Shown here piece by piece: positions 1 through 11,266 of a stretch of 64,000 nt of DNA. A program made the translations under genes and the position numbers. Position 1 is the stretch's first letter. The number at the start of each line of letters is the position of its first letter. This stretch comes from Sedimentisphaerales bacterium. GTDB taxonomy: Bacteria > Planctomycetota > Phycisphaerae > Sedimentisphaerales > SM23-30. Where the stretch lies: assembly GCA_963666285.1 (NCBI GenBank), contig OY762711.1, one strand, 5' to 3'. Under the pieces are notes generated by a model that was not told the DNA's origin, made no database searches, and worked only from the letters and a program-made list of their open reading frames with translations.

Positions 1-1
1 T

Positions 2-1993
2 ATTGCCACCAATACCATGGTCAAAGGCGGCGGGGCATATTTCCTTATCAGCCGTTCGCTCGGCGTTGAATTTGGTGGTGCTATTGGTATAGTATTCTTC
101 TTATCGCAGGCTATCTCTGTGGCATTATATGTTATGGGTTTTACCGAAACCCTTGCCGCCGTAAGCTCGACCGTAAGTGATAATTATTTGCTTACCGCGT
201 CTATCGTGAATGCTGTCGTATTTTTATGCGTATATATCGGTGCCGCCTGGACAATAAAAGTTCAGTATTTTATTCTGGCAATTCTTGCCGCTGCCATTGC
301 ATCTTTCGTGATTGGCGGCATAGGAAAATTCGATATCAATATAATGCAGGACAATATGTCCTCGGATTATACTCCCGGCAATAACCTCTGGACTATGTTT
401 GCCCTGTTTTTTCCTGCTGCTACCGGTGTCATGGCAGGTGCCAATATGTCCGGCGATCTTGCCAATCCCGGCAGGGCCATCCCCCGTGGAACTTTCAGCT
501 CAATTTTCGTTACTGCTATTGTCTATCTGGTATTCGCCGTTATACTCGGTTGTGCCTGCCCGAGAGAAGCATTATTACATAACGCGATGATTGTTTCAGA
601 AACGGCCCTCTCTTCTAAATTGATTGTCGCTGGTATTTTCGCCGCTACAATATCCTCTGCTCTGGGTAGTATGATGGGTGCTCCCCGCATTTTGCAGGCT
701 CTTGCCAAGGACCGCATTTTCGGCGTTCTTAACTTATTCATCCATGGCAGTAACAAATCCGGCGAGCCGCGCAGAGCCATTATTATGACATTCCTCATTG
801 CTGAGTTTGGTATCCTGCTTGGTAACCTGGATATGATTGCCCCTGTAATTACCATGTTCTTTATGATTACCTACGGCGTGCTCAATTTCGCCGCCTTCAA
901 GGAATATGTCAGCGGCAATCCAAGCTATCGCCCAACTTTCAAAATCAGGCACTGGAGTATCTCGCTTGCCGGTGCGATTCTTTGCCTGATGGTTATGACC
1001 CTGATCGATCCGCTTTGGGCGGTGGTCTCGATTGTTATCATGGCGGCTATCTATTATTATCTTGCCAAACGCGAGATAGAGTCCAACTGGGGCAATCTAA
1101 ACAGCGGCTCGGCTATCGAACGCGTACGTCGCGACCTGCTTCGGCTCGAACTGGAAAAATATCATCCCAAAAACTGGCGGCCCACCATTCTCGCCTTTGA
1201 AATGCATCGTGACGAAGATCTCGCTGCTGCTGTTATGGCCAGAAACCTGGCTGGCCGAAACGGGCTCCTTATTCTCGGTCAGGTGATAACAACCGATAAT
1301 GACGCTGTCCTGGACAGGCATACCCGGGTTCATCGCATGCTGCGAAAGAAAATTGCCGAAAATCAGCTCGACGCTTTCCCCGCCGTTACTATCGCCGATA
1401 CCACCGAAGATGGCATCTCCTCCCTGGTCCAATGCTGCGGGATAGGCGCTGTCAGGCCAAATCTGATTATGTTCAATTGGCCCGCAGACGAGGTTGAAAC
1501 TAAGGAGATTACTAACTCGATTAGAAATGTCAATAGCCTCGGTCGAAGTGTTGCCATCTTGAAGATCAAAGATCAACCGCATGATCCTTGGTATGTTCCC
1601 CGTGGTACTATCGATGTCTGGTGGCTCGGCCAGAGTAACGGAACCCTTATGATTTTGATTGCCCATCTGCTCAGAAATAATAACCTGTGGCGCGATCATA
1701 AGATCAGGCTGATTAGAACTATCAAGGATCCGGCCGGTATTGCTACGACCAGGCAGTATCTGAATGAATTGGCAGCTTCTGCCCGGATCGATGTCAAACC
1801 CACCGTTTTTGTCTCGGATAATTTTATGCAGTGCCTGCAAACGGAAAGTGCCCGTTCGTCGCTGTGTATTCTCGGGCTGGCCAATCCTGCCGAAATGCCA
1901 GATGATATCTTTGACCGGCTTACCGAAATGACTGGAGATTTACCCAGGGTACTGTTTGTCAATAGCTTTGGCGATATGTCAATTGAGGCATAA
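2..1993 (+). CDS. Amino acid permease / cation-chloride cotransporter (SLC12-like, APC superfamily), 5'-truncated by the window edge
   Basis: Frame is open from the window start (IATNTMVKGGGAYFLISRSLG). FFPAATGVMAGANMSGDL and KNWRP motifs, many TM helices and a soluble C-terminal domain typical of CCC transporters. Confidence 0.85.
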   Translation: MATNTMVKGGGAYFLISRSLGVEFGGAIGIVFFLSQAISVALYVMGFTETLAAVSSTVSDNYLLTASIVNAVVFLCVYIGAAWTIKVQYFILAILAAAIASFVIGGIGKFDINIMQDNMSSDYTPGNNLWTMFALFFPAATGVMAGANMSGDLANPGRAIPRGTFSSIFVTAIVYLVFAVILGCACPREALLHNAMIVSETALSSKLIVAGIFAATISSALGSMMGAPRILQALAKDRIFGVLNLFIHGSNKSGEPRRAIIMTFLIAEFGILLGNLDMIAPVITMFFMITYGVLNFAAFKEYVSGNPSYRPTFKIRHWSISLAGAILCLMVMTLIDPLWAVVSIVIMAAIYYYLAKREIESNWGNLNSGSAIERVRRDLLRLELEKYHPKNWRPTILAFEMHRDEDLAAAVMARNLAGRNGLLILGQVITTDNDAVLDRHTRVHRMLRKKIAENQLDAFPAVTIADTTEDGISSLVQCCGIGAVRPNLIMFNWPADEVETKEITNSIRNVNSLGRSVAILKIKDQPHDPWYVPRGTIDVWWLGQSNGTLMILIAHLLRNNNLWRDHKIRLIRTIKDPAGIATTRQYLNELAASARIDVKPTVFVSDNFMQCLQTESARSSLCILGLANPAEMPDDIFDRLTEMTGDLPRVLFVNSFGDMSIEA

Positions 1994-2030
1994 TTTTTTA
2001 CCGGGTTTAATGTTAAGGATTTAGGTAAAA

Positions 2031-2342
2031 ATGAAAAAAACAATTCTGATTTGTTCTATGTTTCTGGTATGCGTGATTAGTATTACCCTGAGCTTTTTTG
2101 CTGCCGCAGTCTTTGGAGTTGGTGTATACGATTATAACTTTTCTCTTTTTCATGAAAGTTCGACTAAATTAACGCCAGAAGAAATTCATGCTTTATTTGA
2201 ATCTATTCATCATTTAGTTGCTTTCTTTCCATGGGTTCTTACCGCGACTATTCTGGTAAATGCTGTTTTAATGGTATTATTAATCAGGCAATTCAATAAA
2301 GAAAAAAAAGCTATTATCAAGAGCTTCGAAGATGAGTCCTGA
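2031..2342 (+). CDS. Small hypothetical membrane protein
   Basis: 103-aa ORF with two hydrophobic segments and an RBS-like AGG upstream. Confidence 0.6.
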   Translation: MKKTILICSMFLVCVISITLSFFAAAVFGVGVYDYNFSLFHESSTKLTPEEIHALFESIHHLVAFFPWVLTATILVNAVLMVLLIRQFNKEKKAIIKSFEDES

Positions 2343-2389
2343 TAATCATTTCAGTATGAAATATAATGTACTAAGTTGCTGGTTTAATA

Positions 2390-3652
2390 TTATTTCGGCT
2401 GCTTGGTTATCTCCCTTAGCAGGCTTGTCGCAAAACTGCCTGCGGGTAATATAAATTCCAGCTGGATATATTCTCCGTCCCGATCACTTCCACCTTCGCA
2501 TTTCAACTCACGCGGAATTGCTGTTAGTGACCTTCGGCTGGTGCGGGCATAATATTTCTTCAAAGACTGGTTTACGGCATCATCTACCTGGTTTTCCTGG
2601 AGTATTCGATTTTCTATTTCGCCGGCTGCTCCTGTCAGCATCGATAGTCGCAGGCCGGGTAGCGGGCCGGTAGGGCTTATCTTGCGGGCATCACAGCGGA
2701 TCTGTTCGGCCGCAATATCCTCCACCCGAAAAACCGAACCGTTCGCATGGCAATAGGCCATATCTCCTTCCATTATTGTGTCGATTGTCGATATTCTGGC
2801 TGCCAAAACTTGGTTAAAAATATACGATTGCCATGCTGAAACATAGAGATTCTTCAATTTACTTTTTATCAGGAACGCAACTTTATGTTTTTTGCCGCCG
2901 TTTTTCACCAGGAGCTGCAAAGCCTTTCTCTGGTCGGCATAAGGATAAGGCCATAACTTACGGGCTTTACCGTATTCCCCCTTATCGTACATCTCTCTGG
3001 CCTGTTCTATTTTCCCGACATCAAAACTATTCGGTCTGCCAAGCATAAGATCGGCAAATTCCGTCAGATTATTCTGTACCAGGGCAAGTCCTAGTAGATG
3101 GCTGTCTAGCCTGTTACCGAATCGCTGCGGGCCAAAGTAATTTGGAAAACCTTTGTCTGCCAGGATCTCACAGGTTCTATTCGCCATTGCAAGAGCTTCT
3201 TCAAGCGGGCAATTCAATTGTCGCAGGCGGATAATAAATCGATTCCCTTTGAGATGGCCCAGATTTAAGATATTATCATGACGGGTTATTTCCAGTATGC
3301 GTAAACCATGTATTTTTATACGGTCCAGCGATATGGGGTCGATATTTTCTATCGATATCCATTGAGTGGTTATTGCATGGGCGTCTTTCATCCCGGCATA
3401 GCCAAATCGATATCTCGGGATATTGAGATAATCAGCTATCAGGGCTATTGCTTCTGGAGTACCCAGACCATTTTTTTCAAGTTTGATTATAGTATGATCG
3501 CCACTGCCGCTAAAGGGATATAATGGCAGCTCTTCCACTCGGAAATCTTCTGGCTTGAAGCGAATGATACCGCCTGTCCCGGGGGTGTCATTTGTTAAAT
3601 ACGGAAGGGCGGTAAATAGTGAATTACCGCTTAAAGTTTCTGTTTTGTTCAT
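2390..3652 (-). CDS. truD: tRNA pseudouridine(13) synthase TruD (long form)
   Basis: PEDFRVEE, GYAGMKDAHAITTQW, GNRFIIRLR, FPNYFGPQRFG and LPAGSFAT motifs. Confidence 0.95.
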   Translation of the reverse strand: MNKTETLSGNSLFTALPYLTNDTPGTGGIIRFKPEDFRVEELPLYPFSGSGDHTIIKLEKNGLGTPEAIALIADYLNIPRYRFGYAGMKDAHAITTQWISIENIDPISLDRIKIHGLRILEITRHDNILNLGHLKGNRFIIRLRQLNCPLEEALAMANRTCEILADKGFPNYFGPQRFGNRLDSHLLGLALVQNNLTEFADLMLGRPNSFDVGKIEQAREMYDKGEYGKARKLWPYPYADQRKALQLLVKNGGKKHKVAFLIKSKLKNLYVSAWQSYIFNQVLAARISTIDTIMEGDMAYCHANGSVFRVEDIAAEQIRCDARKISPTGPLPGLRLSMLTGAAGEIENRILQENQVDDAVNQSLKKYYARTSRRSLTAIPRELKCEGGSDRDGEYIQLEFILPAGSFATSLLREITKQPK

Positions 3653-3918
3653 TCAGGTTTCTACACAAGGTATATGGTACAGGACTCAACTCATATGAGC
3701 CCAAAGATCGAATATATAATCTACAAACGATGCTTTGTCCATCGAATACTGATAATGTTAATTATATTTTTTATTACAAACCGGGTATTTGCATATTCGG
3801 CCAATATACGAGGGATGTGCATAATCGATGTATTATTTCTGCCAATTTGGCATGGTTTTATGTCTGGTTATCGGCCTCTATTTTTTTAAGTTTCTATTTA
3901 GCAGGAGTTTATGTTTTG

Positions 3919-3934
3919 TGGCACAAGCCTTGCA
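3919..3934 (+). promoter_or_regulatory. Sigma-54 (-24/-12) promoter upstream of clpB
   Basis: TGGCAC-AAGCC-TTGCA is an exact match to TGGCAC-N5-TTGCW, about 60 bp before the ATG. Confidence 0.75.
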
Positions 3935-3994
3935 TATAGTATTCCGTTGGTTATTTTTATTACAACCGGATAGAAGAGGAGTTAATATTAAATT

Positions 3995-6589
<2,595 letters not shown>

Positions 6590-6637
6590 AACTATAACTG
6601 GCTGAACACACTTAACACCCTTAACCTCCTTTTTCAT

Positions 6638-6689
6638 TATGCCGCAGTGGTAAAGATAAACCCTTTACTATCGCGGCATATTTTATTTT
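6638..6689 (+). terminator. Rho-independent terminator after clpB
   Basis: TATGCCGC...GCGGCATA stem followed by a T-rich tract. Confidence 0.7.
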
Positions 6690-6778
6690 GTATCATAACT
6701 GATTTGTTTGATCTAAACATGAAGTTAGTATAATTGCTATAATGATTAAAACAAAAGACTAATATAAAAAATGGACAA

Positions 6779-7207
6779 TTATGTTTCATTATTAGGCCTT
6801 ATTTTTTGTATTTTTTGTACATCTTTATTTTTTAACTGATGTTCGATTTCACAAATAATAACATTGATTTCTGTTGCAACTTCTTGCTGCCACCTAATGC
6901 AACTTTCTGGTGCATTTTGGGGTAATCGACCTACGCTTTCATGTCTAAAAATTTTAAGTGAAATAAGATAGTATTCTTTATATTCTAGTAGGAGCCATAA
7001 GGAAGCTATTTGAACTGAATATGGAATAATTTCATCTTTACTGTCTTTTCCTCCAAATATTGTTTTTACTAGTTTAACGTAATTGTTATACCTATTGTCT
7101 GATATGCTTTGCTTGTAAGAGACATACCATCTTATAAAAGCACTGTATGTGGCTATGAATGCAGCAATAAATGTTAAGATTGGTCCTAAATATTTAAAAT
7201 ATTCCAT
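6779..7207 (-). CDS. Hypothetical protein, N-terminal TM helix, AT-rich
   Basis: 142-aa ORF with AGGAAAGG RBS; no recognised motif. Confidence 0.65.
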   Translation of the reverse strand: MEYFKYLGPILTFIAAFIATYSAFIRWYVSYKQSISDNRYNNYVKLVKTIFGGKDSKDEIIPYSVQIASLWLLLEYKEYYLISLKIFRHESVGRLPQNAPESCIRWQQEVATEINVIICEIEHQLKNKDVQKIQKIRPNNET

Positions 7208-7299
7208 TACGCAGCCTTTCCTTAATTCTTAATATAGTTTATGCTGCTTTTTCAGCAAAATTAGCATCTTAGCCGCTCAGCTTTATAAAGATGTATTTA

Positions 7300-7445
7300 T
7301 TATTTGTCCAGCTTTGTTGTCGCTTTATCCGCCACCAGTATTTTCATTTGTTCAATTGCTATCTTATTTACCCTGTATTTATGACGATTTCGCCATAAAT
7401 AAAATCTAATAGATTGTTTTCCTTAACCATTTGAAGACCAATTGT
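7300..7445 (-). pseudogene. Decayed remnant of a KilA-N-like DNA-binding protein gene (copy 1)
   Basis: Minus strand encodes KYRVNKIAIEQMKILVADKATTKLDK*, preceded by a broken LVFKWLRK segment; near-identical to 9165-9246. Family recognised from memory only. Confidence 0.5.
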
Positions 7446-7494
7446 TTAACGGCATTGTTCTTTTGAGATATTTGTTTTGTTTGGTTGATTTCGA

Positions 7495-8577
7495 TTATTT
7501 TATTTTGCCTTCACTTTTTTGAGTTGCTTCAATTTGCTTAATAATCTTATCAAAATCGCTTTCAAAAATCCTATCCTGAACAATGCGGTATTTTTCAAAT
7601 TCACTTTCGGCATGAGCCCTGGCAATTTCAGCTGTAACCTTACCCGCATCCTGAAGTATCTCTCGGTCAGTTGCCTCGATGAATCTGTTCAAGCGAGTTT
7701 CCCAGTCCTGCATGGACATCGGAATCTTACGCATCGCCATATCTTCTGCTACATCCAGATAGGCCGAAACCAGCCTCTGTAATTGTACCATTTCATTTTC
7801 AGTCAGATAGTTTTTAGCCACACTTACATCGAACTTTTGTATTTTTCCATCCGGCGCGTCCTTCCATGTGGTCAAACCCATGTTTTGCTTTTGATGATCT
7901 GCTCTATCTACAATCACTTCCGCTGCTGTTTGTCCATGAATGGCCCAATGCAGCTTATTTTGAACCGTCGCAAAAAAACGTTTGGTAGCTTGAGCTGTCA
8001 CATCATAGTCGATGGCTGTTGAATAAATATCGGTGATTTTCTGATAGAATTTACGCTCACTCAGACGTATTTCCCTTATACGCTCCAATTGCTCTTCAAA
8101 ATACTGCTCAGTCAGGATGGAGCCGCCATTTTTTATGCGTTCATCATCCATCACATAGGCTTTGATTGTATACTCCTTAATAATGGTGGTTGCCCATTTA
8201 CGAAACTGCACGGCTCGCTCTGAGTTTACTTTATAACCAACAGCAATAATTGCCGAGAGATTGTAGTGCTTTGTGTTGTAGCTTTTGCCGTCAGTGGCAG
8301 TTATCCGAAAATTTTGGATAACTGAATCTTCCTGCAACTCGCTGTCACTAAATATCTTCTTTAAATGATAGTTAATTGTTCTTACATCAACATCATAGAG
8401 CGTTGCCATCATTTTCTGGGTCAGCCAAATATTCTCATTTGCATACACAGCTTCAACGCCGCCATCACCGCTGGCTGCAACAAATGTCAGGTATTCCGCA
8501 GCTGATGAACGAATGATAGCCCTCTCGTTTTTGTCAGGTTTATTTTCCGTTTTATTTGTATTGTTTTTCATAACCAA
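7495..8577 (-). CDS. rhuM: Virulence RhuM family DNA-binding protein
   Basis: ENIWLTQKMMATLY, HYNLSAIIAVGYKVNS, IRLSERKFYQKITDIY and QNKLHWAIHGQTAAE motifs. Confidence 0.9.
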   Translation of the reverse strand: MVMKNNTNKTENKPDKNERAIIRSSAAEYLTFVAASGDGGVEAVYANENIWLTQKMMATLYDVDVRTINYHLKKIFSDSELQEDSVIQNFRITATDGKSYNTKHYNLSAIIAVGYKVNSERAVQFRKWATTIIKEYTIKAYVMDDERIKNGGSILTEQYFEEQLERIREIRLSERKFYQKITDIYSTAIDYDVTAQATKRFFATVQNKLHWAIHGQTAAEVIVDRADHQKQNMGLTTWKDAPDGKIQKFDVSVAKNYLTENEMVQLQRLVSAYLDVAEDMAMRKIPMSMQDWETRLNRFIEATDREILQDAGKVTAEIARAHAESEFEKYRIVQDRIFESDFDKIIKQIEATQKSEGKIK

Positions 8578-8638
8578 TTTAATAACAGTTAATTAACGAC
8601 ACCTTCTATACTCTTGTCTTTTGCACTTTACACTAATG

Positions 8639-8667
8639 ACTATACCATTGCCCAACCCAAAACTCAA
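8639..8667 (-). promoter_or_regulatory. Sigma-70-like promoter for rhuM
   Basis: TTGAGT-N17-TATAGT on the minus strand. Confidence 0.55.
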
Positions 8668-8754
8668 CAGGAAATATTAACGTAAAGTAATAACTTTAAA
8701 TTAGGACTTGATAACTTTTTAAATCCAAATGTATATCTTTATTATGACATATAT

Positions 8755-9168
8755 TTAATCTTCTTCGGCAATATCCTGTTTCCATTCATACCATTTAGAG
8801 TAATCATGACCATAGTCTTTGCCGGAATATCTTTCAAGTTCAGATACTATATGATCAAGTGTGTTATTGATTTTTTTGTTAGCTTCTGATATTTGGTCAT
8901 TTAGCTCTGGATTAATTGGAAATATTTGTATCTCGATTATTTTATTAACAAAATTAATAGCATCTTGCTTGTTGTTGATTTTTGGGTTTTCAATTTGCCA
9001 GTTATTGATTTTTTTAGCTAAATCAATACACATCGGTGTGTATTTGTATTTTATAAACCAGTATTTGGCAATAACAACTATTATTATAAATGTAATTATT
9101 GCTGACAGGACAGTAATCGCTAATTTTTTTAATTTGCTATACATTATACCGGCTATCGCACCTCTCAT
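8755..9168 (-). CDS. Hypothetical membrane-anchored protein, AT-rich
   Basis: 137-aa ORF with one TM helix; its ATG overlaps the TGA of the upstream remnant. Confidence 0.6.
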   Translation of the reverse strand: MRGAIAGIMYSKLKKLAITVLSAIITFIIIVVIAKYWFIKYKYTPMCIDLAKKINNWQIENPKINNKQDAINFVNKIIEIQIFPINPELNDQISEANKKINNTLDHIVSELERYSGKDYGHDYSKWYEWKQDIAEED

Positions 9169-9285
9169 TTGTCCAGCTTTGTTGTCGGCTTATCTGCCAC
9201 CAGTATTTTCATTTGCTCAATCGCTATTTTATTTAGCCTGTATTTAATCCCTTCAAATTCGACGGAATTAAAATAATATATCTTA
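9165..9285 (-). pseudogene. Internally deleted remnant of a KilA-N-like gene (copy 2)
   Basis: Minus strand reads FNSVEFEGIK-YRLNKIAIEQMKILVADKPTTKLDK*; differences from copy 1 are mostly synonymous in this frame. Confidence 0.5.
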
Positions 9286-9440
9286 TTTCACCCTCCGGCA
9301 CAATTACCAATTGCCACTTAAGTTGCTGTGGATACCGGCGTTAGCTTTTAAACACGTTCGCGACTGAAAATAATAAATTAGCCTCGGCGTAGCCGACACC
9401 TTCCCTTATGCCTTATCCCATATCCCTTATGCCTTTCTTC

Positions 9441-10349
9441 TCACCAAAACATCATCCCCGTCCCCACAACTGCGATAATCGCCCCGATTATCTCCCGCAA
9501 ATTGACCTTTTCCTTGAACATGAAAATCGAAAACGGGATAATCGTCACCGGTATTATTGACATAATGGTACACGCGATGCCGGTCTCCGTCTTTTGTATC
9601 GCCAATAATGACAGGGATACCCCGATAAAAGTACCAAAAAATGTGCTGAACAGCACAAGTGCCATCAATTTCGGCTTGGTTACCAGCTCTCTCATCTGTC
9701 TCCACGGCCTTATATATATGGCTACCAGCGTAAACCCTGTCATGCCGGCAATTATTCTTATATGGGTTGCCGCTAATGCACTGTATTCCTCGCCCATCCC
9801 GTATTTGCTCAATATCAGACCTATTGCCTGGCCCAGCATGCCGATCGTCGCATATACTACCCCCTTAATCGGATGCTTAAACTTCTTTGTCCCGTTTTCG
9901 CGGGTCAATATTACCGCCGACACCCCGGAAGTTGTCATTATCATCCCGAAGATATGACGCATCGCCAGGGTCTCATCCAAAAGGAAATACCCGATAACTG
10001 CCGCGACCGGCGGCACAAGCGAGTATATCAGCATCGATGTTCTCGATCCGATTATCGAAAATGCCTTTAGCAGGAACAGATCGCCTATCACAAAACCGAT
10101 CAGCCCGGAAGCGAATAGCCAGAACCAGCATGAACCTGACGCATCTGTCGGAATTGCCAGCCCGCGGATAAAAAATGAAGAAACAGTGAAGAATATGAAC
10201 GCCAGGTACATCCTGAATATGTTTATCGCCAGCGTACTGGCTCTTTTAGATATATATTCCGAACATAAACATGTAATTGTCCAGAGTATTACCGTTACCA
10301 ATGCGGCTATCTCGCCCGTTTTACTCGTTATTGTTTCAGATATTTCCAT
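9441..10349 (-). CDS. DMT/EamA family transporter
   Basis: 302 aa, about 10 TM helices, two EamA-like repeats. Confidence 0.9.
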   Translation of the reverse strand: MEISETITSKTGEIAALVTVILWTITCLCSEYISKRASTLAINIFRMYLAFIFFTVSSFFIRGLAIPTDASGSCWFWLFASGLIGFVIGDLFLLKAFSIIGSRTSMLIYSLVPPVAAVIGYFLLDETLAMRHIFGMIMTTSGVSAVILTRENGTKKFKHPIKGVVYATIGMLGQAIGLILSKYGMGEEYSALAATHIRIIAGMTGFTLVAIYIRPWRQMRELVTKPKLMALVLFSTFFGTFIGVSLSLLAIQKTETGIACTIMSIIPVTIIPFSIFMFKEKVNLREIIGAIIAVVGTGMMFW

Positions 10350-10443
10350 ATAGACTGTTTTTGGGGTAAATGGTTGCTGACTAGTGTCTTTATCTGCAAT
10401 TCGGCATTATACCTTATCGTTGTATAAATAATGAAGAATATTT

Positions 10444-10623
10444 TAGAGCACTTTAATATCTTCTGTTCCGATTTATGCCTCTGTGAGGACGAGGCTGACG
10501 AAGAAGAAAACACAGAAATATTGATATATTACGAGTATTTCTGATGAAGTCAGCCGAAGCCGCAACAGGCAAAAAGCGAACACGCCACAAAGTGATGCGA
10601 AGCATAATAATTAAATTGCTCTA
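10444..10623. repeat. Palindromic MITE-like element, family 1, copy 1
   Basis: TIRs TAGAGCACTTTAAT / ATTAAATTGCTCTA; nested stems GGCTGAC/GTCAGCC and CAGAAATA/TATTTCTG; highly similar to 23506-23658. Confidence 0.8.
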
Positions 10624-10627
10624 ATAG

Positions 10628-10659
10628 AAAAGGCTATGAAGCAGTCAGCTTCATAGCCT
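10628..10659 (-). terminator. Rho-independent terminator of the SEC-C gene
   Basis: Perfect 12-bp stem AGGCTATGAAGC/GCTTCATAGCCT followed by TTTT on the minus strand. Confidence 0.8.
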
Positions 10660-10666
10660 GTATTAG

Positions 10667-10910
10667 TTAACGTGAATATTCATGGCGGTTTACGCCGTCA
10701 AAATCTGCCGGTCTTCAGACAGCATTTCTTGAAATAACCTCCCGCTGCCACATGGGCACAAGTCATTTCTACCGAGCTTTTCTTCCAGCAGCTTCTCGCC
10801 GTGAACGACTCTGGTTCCCTTTTTAACTTTTGTCTCTGATGGATATCCTCTGCGACGTTTGCTCATTGGCTGGTTAAAAGCAGTCCTTTTGATAATTATT
10901 TCTGGCCATG
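10667..10910 (-). CDS. Small SEC-C (zinc-binding) motif protein spread over several frames; core ORF 10690-10866; recoded gene or pseudogene
   Basis: Core [20 protein letters not shown]...[16 protein letters not shown]. The +1 frame continues [10 protein letters not shown], the next +1 frame [20 protein letters not shown] precedes the ATG at 10910. Confidence 0.75.
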
Positions 10911-11161
10911 ATACACCTCCGTAAAAAAGAGTATTCTTTCCATCCGGACACTTATCCGGATTTGCATGTATTGTATATGATTACTGCTGTATTGGAATAG
11001 AAAACTCCAATTATAACTGTTTTTTTAGAATATTACTCTATTGTTAAGCATAATGGATTAAATAATCTTCGTAATATCCTGTTTCGCAATACAAAATAAA
11101 TTTTTAGCTAGCCGCCTGCCCTGAGTTCATCGAAGGGCCGCGGTATTTCTTCCCTAATATT

Positions 11162-11201
11162 AAAAAAAAGCCGCGAATGCTTCTTCACATCCACGGCTTT
11201 T
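11162..11201 (-). terminator. Terminator downstream of gpmI
   Basis: AAAAGCCG...CGGCTTTT hairpin with A/T tracts. Confidence 0.6.
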
Positions 11202-11266
11202 ATGTATTTTGAAAATAGTTGTCGCGTTAGCGACACCGCAATTTTTCACTTTTCATTATTCGCTTT

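Noticed and set aside
1097..1840. Long antisense ORFs (also 5303-6058, 22060-22695, 22954-23640, 51281-51901)
   Set aside because: Shadow frames of well-supported genes
6779..9300. Integron cassette array or CRISPR
   Set aside because: No integrase, attC-type palindromes or regularly spaced repeats; the repeat is a coding remnant
10328..10513. 61-aa ORF (and 13086-13298)
   Set aside because: Both begin inside repeat elements and show no coding signal
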